This document shows, piece by piece, positions 1-10,223 of a DNA stretch of 64,000 nt (its first letter is position 1; each line of letters begins with the position of its first letter). Source of the stretch: Candidatus Dojkabacteria bacterium (GTDB lineage Bacteria; Patescibacteriota; Dojkabacteria; B142; OLB20). The notes under the pieces were generated by a model. That model ran no database searches, was not told where the DNA came from, and worked only from the letters and a program-made list of their open reading frames with translations. The DNA lies in the NCBI GenBank assembly GCA_035444565.1, contig DAOMOX010000001.1, forward strand, positions 386,335 to 450,334, given 5' to 3'. Position numbers and translations under genes: made by a program.

Positions 1-1281
1 ACAAAAGTTAATAAAATCTCTAATCTTAGTAACGACTTGGCACTCGCTCTTGCAACAAGTGCAAATTCTCTTCGTATTGAAGCACCAATTCCTGGGACAA
101 GCTATGTAGGAGTGGAGATTCCAAACGAAGACAGAGAGACAGTATACGCGAGAGAGATTTTAAGCGATGAGAAGTTATTAAATGGACAATATAGATTGCC
201 GTTAGGGATAGGAATTAACTTGAAAGGTGAGGATATTTACACAGATTTACAAAAAATGCCTCATATCCTAGTCGCTGGAGCTACTGGATCTGGAAAATCA
301 GTGTTGACTAACGGCTTCATCGTGAGTCTTTTGATGTCTCGAACACCTGATGAAGTTAAATTTATTATGATTGATCCTAAACAAGTAGAATTATCTGATT
401 ATAACGGAATCCCTCATCTATTGACCCCTGTAATAACAGAGATGGATAAGGTTATTAATGCATTGAAGTGGGCAATTGCGGAAATGGAACGCAGATACAC
501 GATTTTCAAAGATGCTAAAGTGAGAAATATTGAGGCATACAATAAACAAATGGGTTTTAGCGCTATTCCTTACATTGTACTTGTGGTGGACGAGATGGCT
601 GATATGATGATGTCGACCAACAGGGTTGAAACAGAAGCTGCAATCGTCAGATTGGCACAAAAAGCCAGAGCAACAGGACTTCATCTAATTTTAGCAACAC
701 AAAGACCCTCCGTTGATGTCATCACCGGATTAATCAAGGCAAATATTCCTTGCAGAATTGGAATGAGCGTTACTACACAAATCGACTCCAGAGTCATACT
801 CGATCACATTGGTGCTGAATCACTGCTTGGAATGGGCGACCTACTCTACAAAGATCCAACTTTTAGTAAAGCAGCAAGATTACAAGGTTTTTGGATTTCT
901 TCCGAAGAGATTCAGCGAGTTGTTAAGTACATCAAGGATCAAGTTTCTGAAGTTGAATACACCAAAGAAGTGGTCGAAGCACAGAAAGACCCCAATGCAC
1001 CAGTAAACGAAGCGGGAGATCTTTCTGATGATGACCAATTTGCAAACGCAGTTAGAGTAATTGTTAACTCACAGAAAGGATCTGCATCATTACTTCAGCG
1101 CAAGTTAAAACTTGGCTACAATCGTGCTGCAAGGCTTCTTGACGAACTAGAGGAATATGGAGTAGTTAGTGCACCCAATGGCTCCAAACCCAGAGACGTA
1201 CTTATCTCTGATGCTGAAGAATTCCTACGTTCAATGGGGAGCTCTGAAAGTATGGCTGGTGATGCTGATACACAGGTTTAA
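1..1281 (+). CDS. ftsK: DNA translocase FtsK/SpoIIIE, C-terminal motor and gamma domain (5' partial, runs off window start)
   Basis: Walker A 'VAGATGSGKSV' and Walker B 'LVVDEMADMM'. C-terminal winged-helix gamma domain 'LLQRKLKLGYNRAARLLDELEE'. Frame is open to position 1. Confidence 0.9.
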   Translation, partial: TKVNKISNLSNDLALALATSANSLRIEAPIPGTSYVGVEIPNEDRETVYAREILSDEKLLNGQYRLPLGIGINLKGEDIYTDLQKMPHILVAGATGSGKSVLTNGFIVSLLMSRTPDEVKFIMIDPKQVELSDYNGIPHLLTPVITEMDKVINALKWAIAEMERRYTIFKDAKVRNIEAYNKQMGFSAIPYIVLVVDEMADMMMSTNRVETEAAIVRLAQKARATGLHLILATQRPSVDVITGLIKANIPCRIGMSVTTQIDSRVILDHIGAESLLGMGDLLYKDPTFSKAARLQGFWISSEEIQRVVKYIKDQVSEVEYTKEVVEAQKDPNAPVNEAGDLSDDDQFANAVRVIVNSQKGSASLLQRKLKLGYNRAARLLDELEEYGVVSAPNGSKPRDVLISDAEEFLRSMGSSESMAGDADTQV

Positions 1282-1311
1282 ATATCCCAAAAAACCAATT
1301 TGATACTATTT

Positions 1312-2256
1312 TTATGATGCTTGTGGTAATGGAGAATTTGCCACTGGTTGAGGTGAGACTTCGCTAGGCTCTAGCTTAATTGGTTCTGGTAAAGTTGTTG
1401 CAGGCGATAACGGATCATAATTTGCAGGAAGTTCCTCTGGTGTAGCAAATTCGATTTTCTCGGTATTTTTTGGATTAGCTTCGGTGACTTGTTCTTTGTT
1501 TTGTGTTGGTTTTTCTGTAACTTTTATAGGTTTATCAAGTGGTGCTTTCTGCGGATTGGGAACTCTATCGTTAGACTTTTCTTTTGTATCTGGTTTTGTT
1601 GGTTCTGTATGGGATTTCTCTGATACTTTAAATAATTCAGCCGCGACTTGAAAAGTCTCTGAAGTTATTTTGGTTGTGAAATTCTCTGTTGAATTGCGTA
1701 AGGCTAAAAGCAATGTCTCTGCATTGGATTCAGAAATCTTATATTTTGTCTTTTTAATAAAATTGAAAATTGTTAGGGGTATGTTTTCGTCATTATTTTC
1801 ATCATACAAATATACACCTGTGCCTGAGAAAATTGTCGAATCACTATAGCCTGAAAGAGTCTCCAGTTCTCCTTTCTTCACTTGTACGAATATTCTGAGA
1901 TCGTAATTTTGGTTTGTATGGGTAATAGAGATATCGGGTGATCCAATTTCGCCGTTTTGGCTAGTTAACTTAATAGTTAGCTCCTCGTTTTCTTGCTCCC
2001 AATCCAGGTGAGTCACTGTGGACTTTATATTATCGAGTTTAACAATGAGTTCGTTTTTTGAGTTTGTATCGTTGATAATTTTCTCATCATCTTTGAAAAT
2101 ATCAATCGATTTACTAATTGTCTCGTCAATGTAATAACTTACAGTTTTTCCGTTTTCTGTAAGTGTTCTACCAAGTGCTAGTATAGCTAATACAACTGAA
2201 GGATCTGAAGTTTGTTTTGGAATTATAAGAATTGATTGCGCTTTAATTACATCCAT
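1312..2256 (-). CDS. hypothetical protein with Pro/Thr/Lys-rich C-terminal tail; N-terminus weakly resembles a degenerate DHH/NrnA-like fold lacking the DHH residues
   Basis: 314-aa ORF. N-terminus 'ILIIPKQTSDPSVVLAILALGRTLTENGKTV' resembles the NrnA N-terminal pattern but the catalytic Asp/His are absent. The last ~90 aa are low-complexity and P/E/K/T-rich. Confidence 0.5.
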   Translation of the reverse strand: MDVIKAQSILIIPKQTSDPSVVLAILALGRTLTENGKTVSYYIDETISKSIDIFKDDEKIINDTNSKNELIVKLDNIKSTVTHLDWEQENEELTIKLTSQNGEIGSPDISITHTNQNYDLRIFVQVKKGELETLSGYSDSTIFSGTGVYLYDENNDENIPLTIFNFIKKTKYKISESNAETLLLALRNSTENFTTKITSETFQVAAELFKVSEKSHTEPTKPDTKEKSNDRVPNPQKAPLDKPIKVTEKPTQNKEQVTEANPKNTEKIEFATPEELPANYDPLSPATTLPEPIKLEPSEVSPQPVANSPLPQAS

Positions 2257-2309
2257 AATTTTGAAGAATTACGTTCGTAAATATAAGTACTGGATATAAC
2301 TGATGGGCA

Positions 2310-4013
2310 ATGATATATTTTAGCAATATCGGTTTCTATAAAGCAAATATGAAATTATCTAAACTTCGAAAAGTATTTAAGAGAGCCAAGAAACAGCACA
2401 AAAGGTTCTTCTTCGCTATATCTGTGGGTACCTTTCTTTTACTGGTGTACCTGGCAGGTGTTATCTTTGGTGTTGATCAGTATTTAATAAAAACACTTCT
2501 TGAAGGAAGGGTGGTTTCAAACGATGGTGATGGTATTTCCGGTGCAGAAGTTATACTACAGGGGAAGAAAACAATAACTGACAAAAATGGTAGTTTTAGG
2601 TTTGAGGATGTGAAATTTGGCACATACGAAATTATAGTTGATACGGATGGTTATGTGAGGTATGTCGAAAAGGTAAAAATAAAGCGATTCTCAAACTATG
2701 TAGACATTTCGATGAGAGCTCAAGAATATGGCGAGGTTACGTTAACCTTCAAAACAGATCGTTCACAAGACAAAGTTCTCAACGTAAAAATTAATAACCA
2801 ACCATTCACTGTCCAAACTCTCACTGATAAATTTGTTGTCGAAACAGGAAGATTACTTGTGGGAAATTATTTATTAGAAATGAATTCTCCTGACTATGTG
2901 GACTTTAGTGAGAAATTCAATTTAGATTCTGGTAAATCAGAAATGGTGTATGACTTAGAACCTTCAGGTGATGTAGTTGCGGAATTTAGAAATTATTTAT
3001 CAGAAGACATAGTCGAACCAGGAGAAATCATCGTAACAATGGATGAGCAGATTGTTATTATACCAGAAATTGAAACCCCGGGGAAGTTAGAAATGAGAGA
3101 CATGGAAATAGGCAAAGAATATAAGATTCAATTAAAGTTATCAGGATATCTTGACAGAGAGGTAGAATTCGTTCCAACGCAAGGGTTAAATTCTCTTGGG
3201 AATGTTTTTATGTTCGTTGATGAAAGTGTAATTTATACTGATCGAGGTAAAATCGTTTCATCATTTATAGATGGTTCTAATAGGAAGGAGCTCTATGATT
3301 TTACAGATAAATGTAGAATAAGTCTCACAAAAGGCCAGTATTCAGTCTTCTCCTGTAGCTCAAGCTTCTTACTTTTTGAGAAGAAGGATAATGAATATAA
3401 TTTAATTCGAGAATATGTAATAACGGGTAGTAAATATGATCTTAATACTCAAAATTTACATATGTTAGCTCTAAGTGCGGATCTGAAATCTATACAACAA
3501 ATACATTCATCAATTAATACCACTGATTTGTATAAACATAATAAAGAGATTGATTCCGTTGTAGTAGATTCGAAAGGGATGGTTTATTTTTCGGATAACG
3601 AAGCAGTATACAAATTAATAGATTCAGAAGTTGAAAAGATAGTTGATGGTAATTATAGACTCGACAAAGTTTCTCCAGATAATACTACAATTTTGGCATT
3701 TGGAAATCGATCAGCAGGACAAAGCAATATTTGGGAACTAGAAACAACTACTAAGACTGTGACCAAGATAACTTTCTTGCCAAATGATTACAATTCATTG
3801 AATTTTGAAGGTAATGATAAAATTTATTATCAAGTGAAAAATGAGTTATTTTTAGGATCGATAAATCAAAATAACTTTACAAAAATTTCTGAAGGAATTG
3901 ATTATTATTGGTTAAACGAAGGTAGTGACTTCTTTATGGTAATGGCAGATAATTCAGTTCAATTTGTTTCCAAGACGAATTACAACAAAAAACCAATCTT
4001 CGCAAATGAATAG
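2310..4013 (+). CDS. membrane-anchored protein with carboxypeptidase-regulatory-like (CarboxypepD_reg) beta-sandwich domain and a putative beta-propeller region
   Basis: N-terminal TM 'FFFAISVGTFLLLVYLAGVIFGV'. 'GRVVSNDGDGISGAEVILQGKKTITDKNGSFRFEDVKFGTYEIIV' matches the CarboxypepD_reg motif. Alternative start at MKLSK (2349). Confidence 0.6.
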   Translation: MIYFSNIGFYKANMKLSKLRKVFKRAKKQHKRFFFAISVGTFLLLVYLAGVIFGVDQYLIKTLLEGRVVSNDGDGISGAEVILQGKKTITDKNGSFRFEDVKFGTYEIIVDTDGYVRYVEKVKIKRFSNYVDISMRAQEYGEVTLTFKTDRSQDKVLNVKINNQPFTVQTLTDKFVVETGRLLVGNYLLEMNSPDYVDFSEKFNLDSGKSEMVYDLEPSGDVVAEFRNYLSEDIVEPGEIIVTMDEQIVIIPEIETPGKLEMRDMEIGKEYKIQLKLSGYLDREVEFVPTQGLNSLGNVFMFVDESVIYTDRGKIVSSFIDGSNRKELYDFTDKCRISLTKGQYSVFSCSSSFLLFEKKDNEYNLIREYVITGSKYDLNTQNLHMLALSADLKSIQQIHSSINTTDLYKHNKEIDSVVVDSKGMVYFSDNEAVYKLIDSEVEKIVDGNYRLDKVSPDNTTILAFGNRSAGQSNIWELETTTKTVTKITFLPNDYNSLNFEGNDKIYYQVKNELFLGSINQNNFTKISEGIDYYWLNEGSDFFMVMADNSVQFVSKTNYNKKPIFANE

Positions 4014-4106
4014 CTAATGACTGTCAGGAGCAAATATACAATAATCTGACATCCGTTTGCTATCATAAAAATATGAGTATAGAATGTTGTTATATCAATT
4101 TTCACC

Positions 4107-4871
4107 ATGTTAACAAACCATCTTATTAAGCTTGGCTTCAGCCAAGGAGAAGCTAAAGTTTATATTGCATTATTAAACGGCGGGGATTTAACTGCTACCG
4201 AATTGGCATCAAAAACCAACCTTGGACGCACAAATATTTATAATTATGCAAAAAGCTTGCAAGAAAGAGGACTTATTGCAGACTATGAAAGAAATAATAA
4301 GGTCTTTTTTAAAGCTTCCGATCCCAGAGAACTATACACGTTGTTAGATGTTCAAAAAAAAGAACTAAACAATCTTTCTTTGGAACACCTAAATCTATTA
4401 CCAAGATTCAATAAAATCTATCGCCAACAAAGTAAATCTCCAATAATGCATCTATATCTAGGTAAGAAGGACTGGAAAAAACTTATGAAAGAAGTTTATT
4501 TAGATCAAGAATCGAGAGAGATTTTTGTTTTGGTTCCAGACTTGGATGATTATTCTCCTGTTCCTCCAGTCTACCAAAATGCACTTTTCAACAACAAGAT
4601 TTTGACAAATTTAATAACGAACAAGGTGTCTAACATCGAAAACTTTTATAAAAAGGATCCTAAGAAAAATAGAAAAACTATTCAAATTGATAAGAATATA
4701 TTACCGATTACAGTACATACTATTGTTGCCAAAAACAGCATTTATTATGGAGACTTCAGTCAAAATGACCTTCAAGTAAACTCAGTGGAGGATAAGTATA
4801 TAAGCAGGATATTCTACTCTTTTTTATCCTTTTTGACTAAGAGTCAGTACCAATCAAATCCGGCAAACTGA
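4107..4871 (+). CDS. TrmB-family HTH transcriptional regulator
   Basis: N-terminus 'LIKLGFSQGEAKVYIALLNGGDLTATELASKTNLGRTNIYNYAKSLQERGLI' is the characteristic TrmB winged-HTH. Confidence 0.6.
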   Translation: MLTNHLIKLGFSQGEAKVYIALLNGGDLTATELASKTNLGRTNIYNYAKSLQERGLIADYERNNKVFFKASDPRELYTLLDVQKKELNNLSLEHLNLLPRFNKIYRQQSKSPIMHLYLGKKDWKKLMKEVYLDQESREIFVLVPDLDDYSPVPPVYQNALFNNKILTNLITNKVSNIENFYKKDPKKNRKTIQIDKNILPITVHTIVAKNSIYYGDFSQNDLQVNSVEDKYISRIFYSFLSFLTKSQYQSNPAN

Positions 4872-4976
4872 GTAAATATTTGTTTCATCTTTGCTTTGTG
4901 ACGCAAATTCGAAAACAATGTCTTGACATATCCTAAAAATTTTCATAAAAACCCCAGAAAAATCTGATTTAATAGG

Positions 4977-6512
4977 GTGTACTTAAATACACCGATGTTT
5001 TATAAGATAAAAACTCTAGGATTAATAGGATTATCAGCTAATGAAATTACTGTCGAGGTAGATATTAATAGTGGTTTATTTGCTTTTAATATAGTAGGCC
5101 TTGCTGGAAAATCTGTTCAAGAGTCAAAGGAAAGAGTGTTTTCGGCTATAAGGAATTCTGGGTTTGAAATGCCCATGAAAAGAATCACAGTCAACCTTTC
5201 CCCCGCAGATATTACAAAGAACAGCTCCAGTTTTGATTTGCCAATAGCAGTTGCTATTCTGAAAGCTACTAATCAAATAAATATCGATATAAAGGATACT
5301 GTTATTTGGGGAGATCTATCCCTTGAAGGAAAAGCACTACATTCTCGCGGAGCATTAGCGATTACGGATGCAGCAAAAAAATTAGGTTATTACCGCATAA
5401 TATTACCGCAGATAAACGCAAAAGAAGCGGGAATAGTTTCGGGAATTGAAATCGTAGGCATCCCAAAATTGACAGATACCAATAATATTAGTGAGTTCTG
5501 TTATAGTGCGAGAATCGTCGATAATCACAGAGTAAATAATACCAAAGACCTTGATGAAGATTACGACTTCGCATACGTTAAAGGTCAACAGAATCTTAAA
5601 AGAGCATTTGAAATCGCTTCAGCTGGAGGACACAATATCCTCCTCAATGGGGTACCTGGTTCAGGCAAAACCTTTATAAGTAGATGTATGACTGGTATTC
5701 TTCCAGACATGGAGATGAACGAGATTATCGAAGTCACAAAAATATATAGCATTGCTGGTCTCTTAAATGAAAATAGTGTTATAACCAAAAGACCCTTTCG
5801 TAGCCCACATCATACGAGCTCCCATGTAGCTCTCATTGGAGGGGGGAGTATTCCAAAACCAGGTGAGATTACTTTGGCTCATAGAGGAGTACTATTTTTA
5901 GACGAGTTCAACGAATTCGAACCCAGAGCACTAGAAAGCCTAAGACAGCCACTCGAGGATAAGGTCGTACATATTTCCAGAGCTAGTGCAGTCATGGAGT
6001 ATCCGTCAAATTTTATGTTGATTGGAGCAATGAATCCTTGTAGGTGTGGATTTTTTGGAGACAGTAATAAAGAATGTATCTGTACTCCTTATGATCTTGA
6101 GAAATTTAAGCGAAAAATGAGCGGACCAATTTTAGACAGAATTGATTTACAAATTTTCGTAAAGAAAGTAACAAAAAATGACTTAATTAACGACTCCAAA
6201 GGTGAACCAAGCAAAATGATTAGAAAGAGGGTAATTAATGCACGGAAAATCCAGTTAGATAGGATAAGCGCTATAAAAAAACCAGACGTATTCAATAATT
6301 CCGACCTCAATCACTTACAAATAAAAGCATTTGTGAACTTGAGTCCAAAAGCCAAAACTCTGGTGTCAAAAGTTATCGACAGCTTGGATCTCTCGGCAAG
6401 AGGATATTTCAGGATCTTAAAATTGTCGCGGACAATCGCTGACCTTGAAGGATCAGACAGCGTTAAGGAAACCCATATAGCTGAAGCAGTTTCGTATAGA
6501 CTGTTGTCTTAG
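4977..6512 (+). CDS. comM: Mg-chelatase-like AAA+ ATPase YifB/ComM family
   Basis: Walker A 'LLNGVPGSGKTF' and 'LFLDEFNEF'. Zn-ribbon-like 'MNPCRCGFFGD' and C-terminal Mg-chelatase ChlI-like region. Possible sigma70-like TTGACA upstream near 4923. Confidence 0.85.
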   Translation: MYLNTPMFYKIKTLGLIGLSANEITVEVDINSGLFAFNIVGLAGKSVQESKERVFSAIRNSGFEMPMKRITVNLSPADITKNSSSFDLPIAVAILKATNQINIDIKDTVIWGDLSLEGKALHSRGALAITDAAKKLGYYRIILPQINAKEAGIVSGIEIVGIPKLTDTNNISEFCYSARIVDNHRVNNTKDLDEDYDFAYVKGQQNLKRAFEIASAGGHNILLNGVPGSGKTFISRCMTGILPDMEMNEIIEVTKIYSIAGLLNENSVITKRPFRSPHHTSSHVALIGGGSIPKPGEITLAHRGVLFLDEFNEFEPRALESLRQPLEDKVVHISRASAVMEYPSNFMLIGAMNPCRCGFFGDSNKECICTPYDLEKFKRKMSGPILDRIDLQIFVKKVTKNDLINDSKGEPSKMIRKRVINARKIQLDRISAIKKPDVFNNSDLNHLQIKAFVNLSPKAKTLVSKVIDSLDLSARGYFRILKLSRTIADLEGSDSVKETHIAEAVSYRLLS

Positions 6513-6513
6513 G

Positions 6514-7089
6514 TTATTGAATTTCGGGGTAACAATCGTTAAATTTTATATACGAATTCAGCTCTTCTAACCTCCAGATGTTTGCAGGATTACTGATATA
6601 GCTTACAAACAAGATTCCATTTAAATGATCAACTTCATGTTGAACTACATGTGAAAAATATCCGTTAGTCTTCAGTCTTTTTTTAGAGCCATCAGGAGAA
6701 ATGTATTCGACTGTTACTTTCTTGGATCTCTCAACTGGTCCCCAAAGGTTGTCTTTTCCCACTCCAATACTCAAACAAGCCTCCCATTCTGTTGAATAAT
6801 CAGAACTAGATTGCACAATTTTAGGATTTATGAGAACTTCCCATAGTTCTTCTCTCTCGAACTGTTTATCTGGGTGCTTTTCTTCTAGATCGACGCGTCT
6901 ACATACGCAAATGCTTTTACTCACGCCGATTTGAGGAGATGCTAGACCTGCAGAGATATCCGCATTTTCCTCACAAGTATCTAAAAGGTCTTGTATAAGA
7001 CTTTTTACTTCATCTGAGTGTACATCTATTACATCCGTTGTTTTAGTTGTTAGGATTGGGTTTCCAATCTGTAAGATATCTTTTACCAT
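6514..7089 (-). CDS. def: peptide deformylase
   Basis: The three PDF motifs 'GLASPQIG', 'EACLSIG' and 'HEVDHLNGILF'. Start chosen at internal MVKDILQIG (ATG complement at 7087-7089) rather than the ORF-track start 7155. Confidence 0.85.
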   Translation of the reverse strand: MVKDILQIGNPILTTKTTDVIDVHSDEVKSLIQDLLDTCEENADISAGLASPQIGVSKSICVCRRVDLEEKHPDKQFEREELWEVLINPKIVQSSSDYSTEWEACLSIGVGKDNLWGPVERSKKVTVEYISPDGSKKRLKTNGYFSHVVQHEVDHLNGILFVSYISNPANIWRLEELNSYIKFNDCYPEIQ

Positions 7090-7458
7090 GACCAATTTTA
7101 TCACAAATACCCTCCTACAAGGGATAATCAAAATAAAATATAAGAAAAAAATCACAATAAATTTGTATTGTCTTGTCTAGCATAAATATCGGTTTCTCGA
7201 ATGTTAAAAGTCTTGGTTATAGAGGTGTTATAGATATCTGTCATTGGAAACCTCTTTCAGGCAAGACTAGAGGTGGTTTGGATTATTCTGCTGAACTGGG
7301 GTATGTTAAAAATATAGGCGCAGTATACGAAGGGTGTAGGGTTACTATAACGCTTATTTGATAGGTCTTTACTTGACAAAACTCTAGAAATTTAGCACAC
7401 TCTAAACATATCCTAGTTTTCAAACCTGGGAAATCTCTAAGAAAGGAGGTAAATAAAA

Positions 7459-7731
7459 ATGAACAAAGCAGATTTAGTAGCTAAAGTTGCCAGCAAAACT
7501 GGTCTAACTAAAAAAGCCGCTCAAGACGCAATGGAAGCTTTAATGGAAGCAGTTATGGTAGCAGTTTCAAAAGGTGATTCTGTTACTTTGACAGGTTTCG
7601 GTACATACAAGGCCTCTAAAAGAGCAGCAAGAAATGGAAGAAATCCACAAAGTGGACAGGTGATTAAAATCCCTGCAAGAACAGTTCCTGTATTCAGACC
7701 TGGTAAAGAATTTAAAGAAATGGTCAAATAA
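7459..7731 (+). CDS. hup: DNA-binding protein HU
   Basis: 'MNKADLVAKVASKTGLTKKAAQDAMEAL...GFGTYKASKRAARNGRNPQSGQVIKIPARTVPVFRPGKEFKE'. Strong RBS 'aaggaggt' 8 nt upstream. Confidence 0.92.
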   Translation: MNKADLVAKVASKTGLTKKAAQDAMEALMEAVMVAVSKGDSVTLTGFGTYKASKRAARNGRNPQSGQVIKIPARTVPVFRPGKEFKEMVK

Positions 7732-7763
7732 TCTAAGAGTACAATTTTTTGAATTAAGTACAA

Positions 7764-7796
7764 CCGCCTTCGTTTTCGAGGGCGGATTGTTTTCTT
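7764..7796 (+). terminator. rho-independent terminator downstream of hup
   Basis: Hairpin CCGCCTTCG-TTTT-CGAGGGCGG followed by ATTGTTTTCTT. Confidence 0.6.
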
Positions 7797-7854
7797 GACA
7801 TCCCCACCCTAAGTGCTAATATCTCTTCTGGTATTTAATTATTAGATCACTATA

Positions 7855-9096
7855 TTGACTGATATTATTTCTCTTTCAGCCTTACTACTCGCTATTTTTA
7901 TTGGAATAATACGACCTAAGGTTAACATAGGGGTAGTCAGTATAGTTTTTGCATTAATTATTGGAATTTTGATTCTTGGTATAAAAGAGAAGGAAGTAAC
8001 AAGTCTTTTTCCTTCTAATTTGTTTTTGATGCTAGTTGGAATCACGCTATTTTTCGGTATCGCATCAACTAATGGTTCACTCTCAAAACTTACCGATTCT
8101 TTAATCTCCCGAGTAGGTGGTAAAACAAAATTACTACCAATTTCAATCTTTGTTCTAACCTTTGTATTATCTGCAATAGGACCCGGAAATATCGCAGCTA
8201 CTTTACTGATTGCACCAGTAGCAATGCAACTTTCTGCCAAGTCGAAAATAAGCCCATTGCTTATGGCTATAATGGTTGCCACTGGTGCCAACGCAGGTGC
8301 ATTTTCCCCTGTTGCTCCGACTGGTGTTGTTAGCACAGGGTTAATACAGAAGATCGGCGTCATGGATATTGACTTGCCACTCAAAATATTTATTGGAACT
8401 GCAATAATTCAGTCATTAAGCGCCATGTTGGCATATGTTGCCTTCAAAGGATATCTTTCTAGTAAAAGTATAGATATAGTCCATAAAGTTGAGAAATTTA
8501 CTAGAAAAGACAAAATTACAGTTTTTTCCATTTTATTGCTGGTCTTTTCTGTGATTGTACTAAAATTACCTATAACTGTGGTTGCATTCGGCTTGGCAAT
8601 AGTATTATTGATATTTAATGTTGGAGATTCAGAGAAAACAATAAAACAAATTCCTTGGGATGCAATACTTCTTGTTACTGGAGTCACTGTTTTAATCGGT
8701 GTGATGGAGAAAGGAGGAGGACTTGACCTTGCGACTGATTTGATAGCGAAAATTGCTTCGGTGGACAATATAAACGGGATTCTTTCTATAACCACTGGAG
8801 TTATTTCAGCTTATTCAAGTTCAAGTGGAGTTGTCATGCCGGCATTTATTCCACTAATTCCATCAATCATAGAAAAAATTGGAGGCGGAAATATTACTGA
8901 GATGTTAATTGCAGTTAATGTCGGTTCACACATGGTTGACGTATCACCTTTGTCTACACTTGGAGCTATTTGTATAGCTACGGCTCAAATTGATCAAGTT
9001 GAAAAAGGTAAACTCTTTCGAAACTTAATGATATGGGGATTAGCAATGGCTGTTTTTGGATCCTTGGTCATATATGTTCTCCTCGATTTACTATAA
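7855..9096 (+). CDS. polytopic membrane permease, ion-transporter superfamily (CitMHS/ArsB/NhaD-like) with internal two-fold repeat
   Basis: 413 aa and about 12 predicted TM segments. N- and C-halves are similar, with Gly/Ser/Ala-rich re-entrant-like segments 'ATGANAGAFSPVAPTG' and 'AVNVGSHMVDVSPLSTLGA'. Confidence 0.55.
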   Translation: MTDIISLSALLLAIFIGIIRPKVNIGVVSIVFALIIGILILGIKEKEVTSLFPSNLFLMLVGITLFFGIASTNGSLSKLTDSLISRVGGKTKLLPISIFVLTFVLSAIGPGNIAATLLIAPVAMQLSAKSKISPLLMAIMVATGANAGAFSPVAPTGVVSTGLIQKIGVMDIDLPLKIFIGTAIIQSLSAMLAYVAFKGYLSSKSIDIVHKVEKFTRKDKITVFSILLLVFSVIVLKLPITVVAFGLAIVLLIFNVGDSEKTIKQIPWDAILLVTGVTVLIGVMEKGGGLDLATDLIAKIASVDNINGILSITTGVISAYSSSSGVVMPAFIPLIPSIIEKIGGGNITEMLIAVNVGSHMVDVSPLSTLGAICIATAQIDQVEKGKLFRNLMIWGLAMAVFGSLVIYVLLDLL

Positions 9097-9158
9097 GAAT
9101 CTACTGGCTTAATATTTCGCTACTTGGATAGATAATTCTGCTGTATAATTACAGTGTT

Positions 9159-10223
9159 ATGAAGATATTAGAACTCAATGTAAAAAACAAAAAAAGTGTT
9201 ATCGATGAAGCGGTAGCAGTTTTTAAAAACGGTGGACTTGTTGTATATCCAACCGAAACCTGCTATGGCGCAGGAGTGATGGCTACGAATGAAAATGCGG
9301 TGAAAAAATTGTTGAAGTATAAGAAAAGACCTTCGGGAAAAGCAATTAGTATCGCTGTTGCTAATATTGAAATGGCAAAAAGTTATGTAATCATCAATAA
9401 AACAGCAGAAAGTGTTTACGAGAAATTTCTACCAGGACCTGTCACAGTTGTTTCGGAATCGAAAAATAATGTTGCTGATGGAATTGCATCAGAGTTTAAT
9501 ACTCTTGGAGTGAGAATTCCAAACTTTGAGTTCATGTTGGATGTTATCGAAGAACTCGGCTCGCCAATAACTGCAACATCAGCAAATTCTGCCGGTAAAA
9601 AAACGCCATACAATGTTGCAGATATTCTTGATAATTTGTCAGAAAATCAGAAAAGTTTAATTGATTTAATAATAGATGCAGGTCAACTACCTAAAAATCC
9701 CCCATCGACGGTAGTTGATACAACTCGAGAATCGATGCAAATCTTAAGAGAAGGGAGTCTTGATATTTCAAAGGATGGATTATTAGTAACAAGTGAAGAG
9801 GAAATGCGTGAACATGGTGAAAAATTTATGGAAAAGAACTTTTCAGCTTTAACAGAAAAAGGTTTGTTAATCTTTCTTAACGCAGAGTTGGGAGCGGGAA
9901 AGACACAATTTGTAAAAGGTATTGCAAAAAGTATGGGAATCGAAGAAGTAGTAAAGTCTCCCACCTATTCGATTATGGAAGAGTATGATGCACCAAGGGG
10001 AAAATTAATCCATATTGATACTTGGAGGTTGACAAATATCTCCGAATTGAAGCAACTTATGATTAGTAAATATTTGAAGAAGGGTTCTGTTATCGCTATA
10101 GAGTGGTCGGCAGGTGTTGAAGAGTATTTTAATGAAATGGCAAATGCGAAAGGAATAAAAACTGTAAAAATTGATATTAATTATATCGACGAGAACAAAA
10201 GGAGGTTGATGATATGGGATTGA
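9159..10223 (+). CDS. tsaC-tsaE: fused L-threonylcarbamoyladenylate synthase (TsaC/YrdC domain) and t6A ATPase TsaE (YjeE domain)
   Basis: N-terminal YrdC/Sua5 fold 'GGLVVYPTETCYGAGV...KKRPSGKAISIAV'. C-terminal TsaE motifs 'LGAGKTQFVKGIAKSMG', 'SPTYSIMEEY' and 'HIDTWRL'. Overlaps tsaD by 10 nt. Confidence 0.8.
   Translation: MKILELNVKNKKSVIDEAVAVFKNGGLVVYPTETCYGAGVMATNENAVKKLLKYKKRPSGKAISIAVANIEMAKSYVIINKTAESVYEKFLPGPVTVVSESKNNVADGIASEFNTLGVRIPNFEFMLDVIEELGSPITATSANSAGKKTPYNVADILDNLSENQKSLIDLIIDAGQLPKNPPSTVVDTTRESMQILREGSLDISKDGLLVTSEEEMREHGEKFMEKNFSALTEKGLLIFLNAELGAGKTQFVKGIAKSMGIEEVVKSPTYSIMEEYDAPRGKLIHIDTWRLTNISELKQLMISKYLKKGSVIAIEWSAGVEEYFNEMANAKGIKTVKIDINYIDENKRRLMIWD

Noticed and set aside
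418-1006. Small ORFs (418-684 minus, 809-1006 plus) inside ftsK
   Set aside because: They are fully embedded in or antisense to a strongly supported long CDS, with no motif. The same applies to other short antisense ORFs in the track (e.g. 5403-5788, 6089-6310, 7521-7763, 7842-8384, 8409-8795, 9416-9964, 15935-16386, 17114-17392, 17890-18726, 19150-20270, 28959-32480, 53220-54917).
7173-7361. 62-aa ORF between def and hup
   Set aside because: It lies in the divergent promoter or leader region of hup and has no RBS or motif. It is more likely non-coding.
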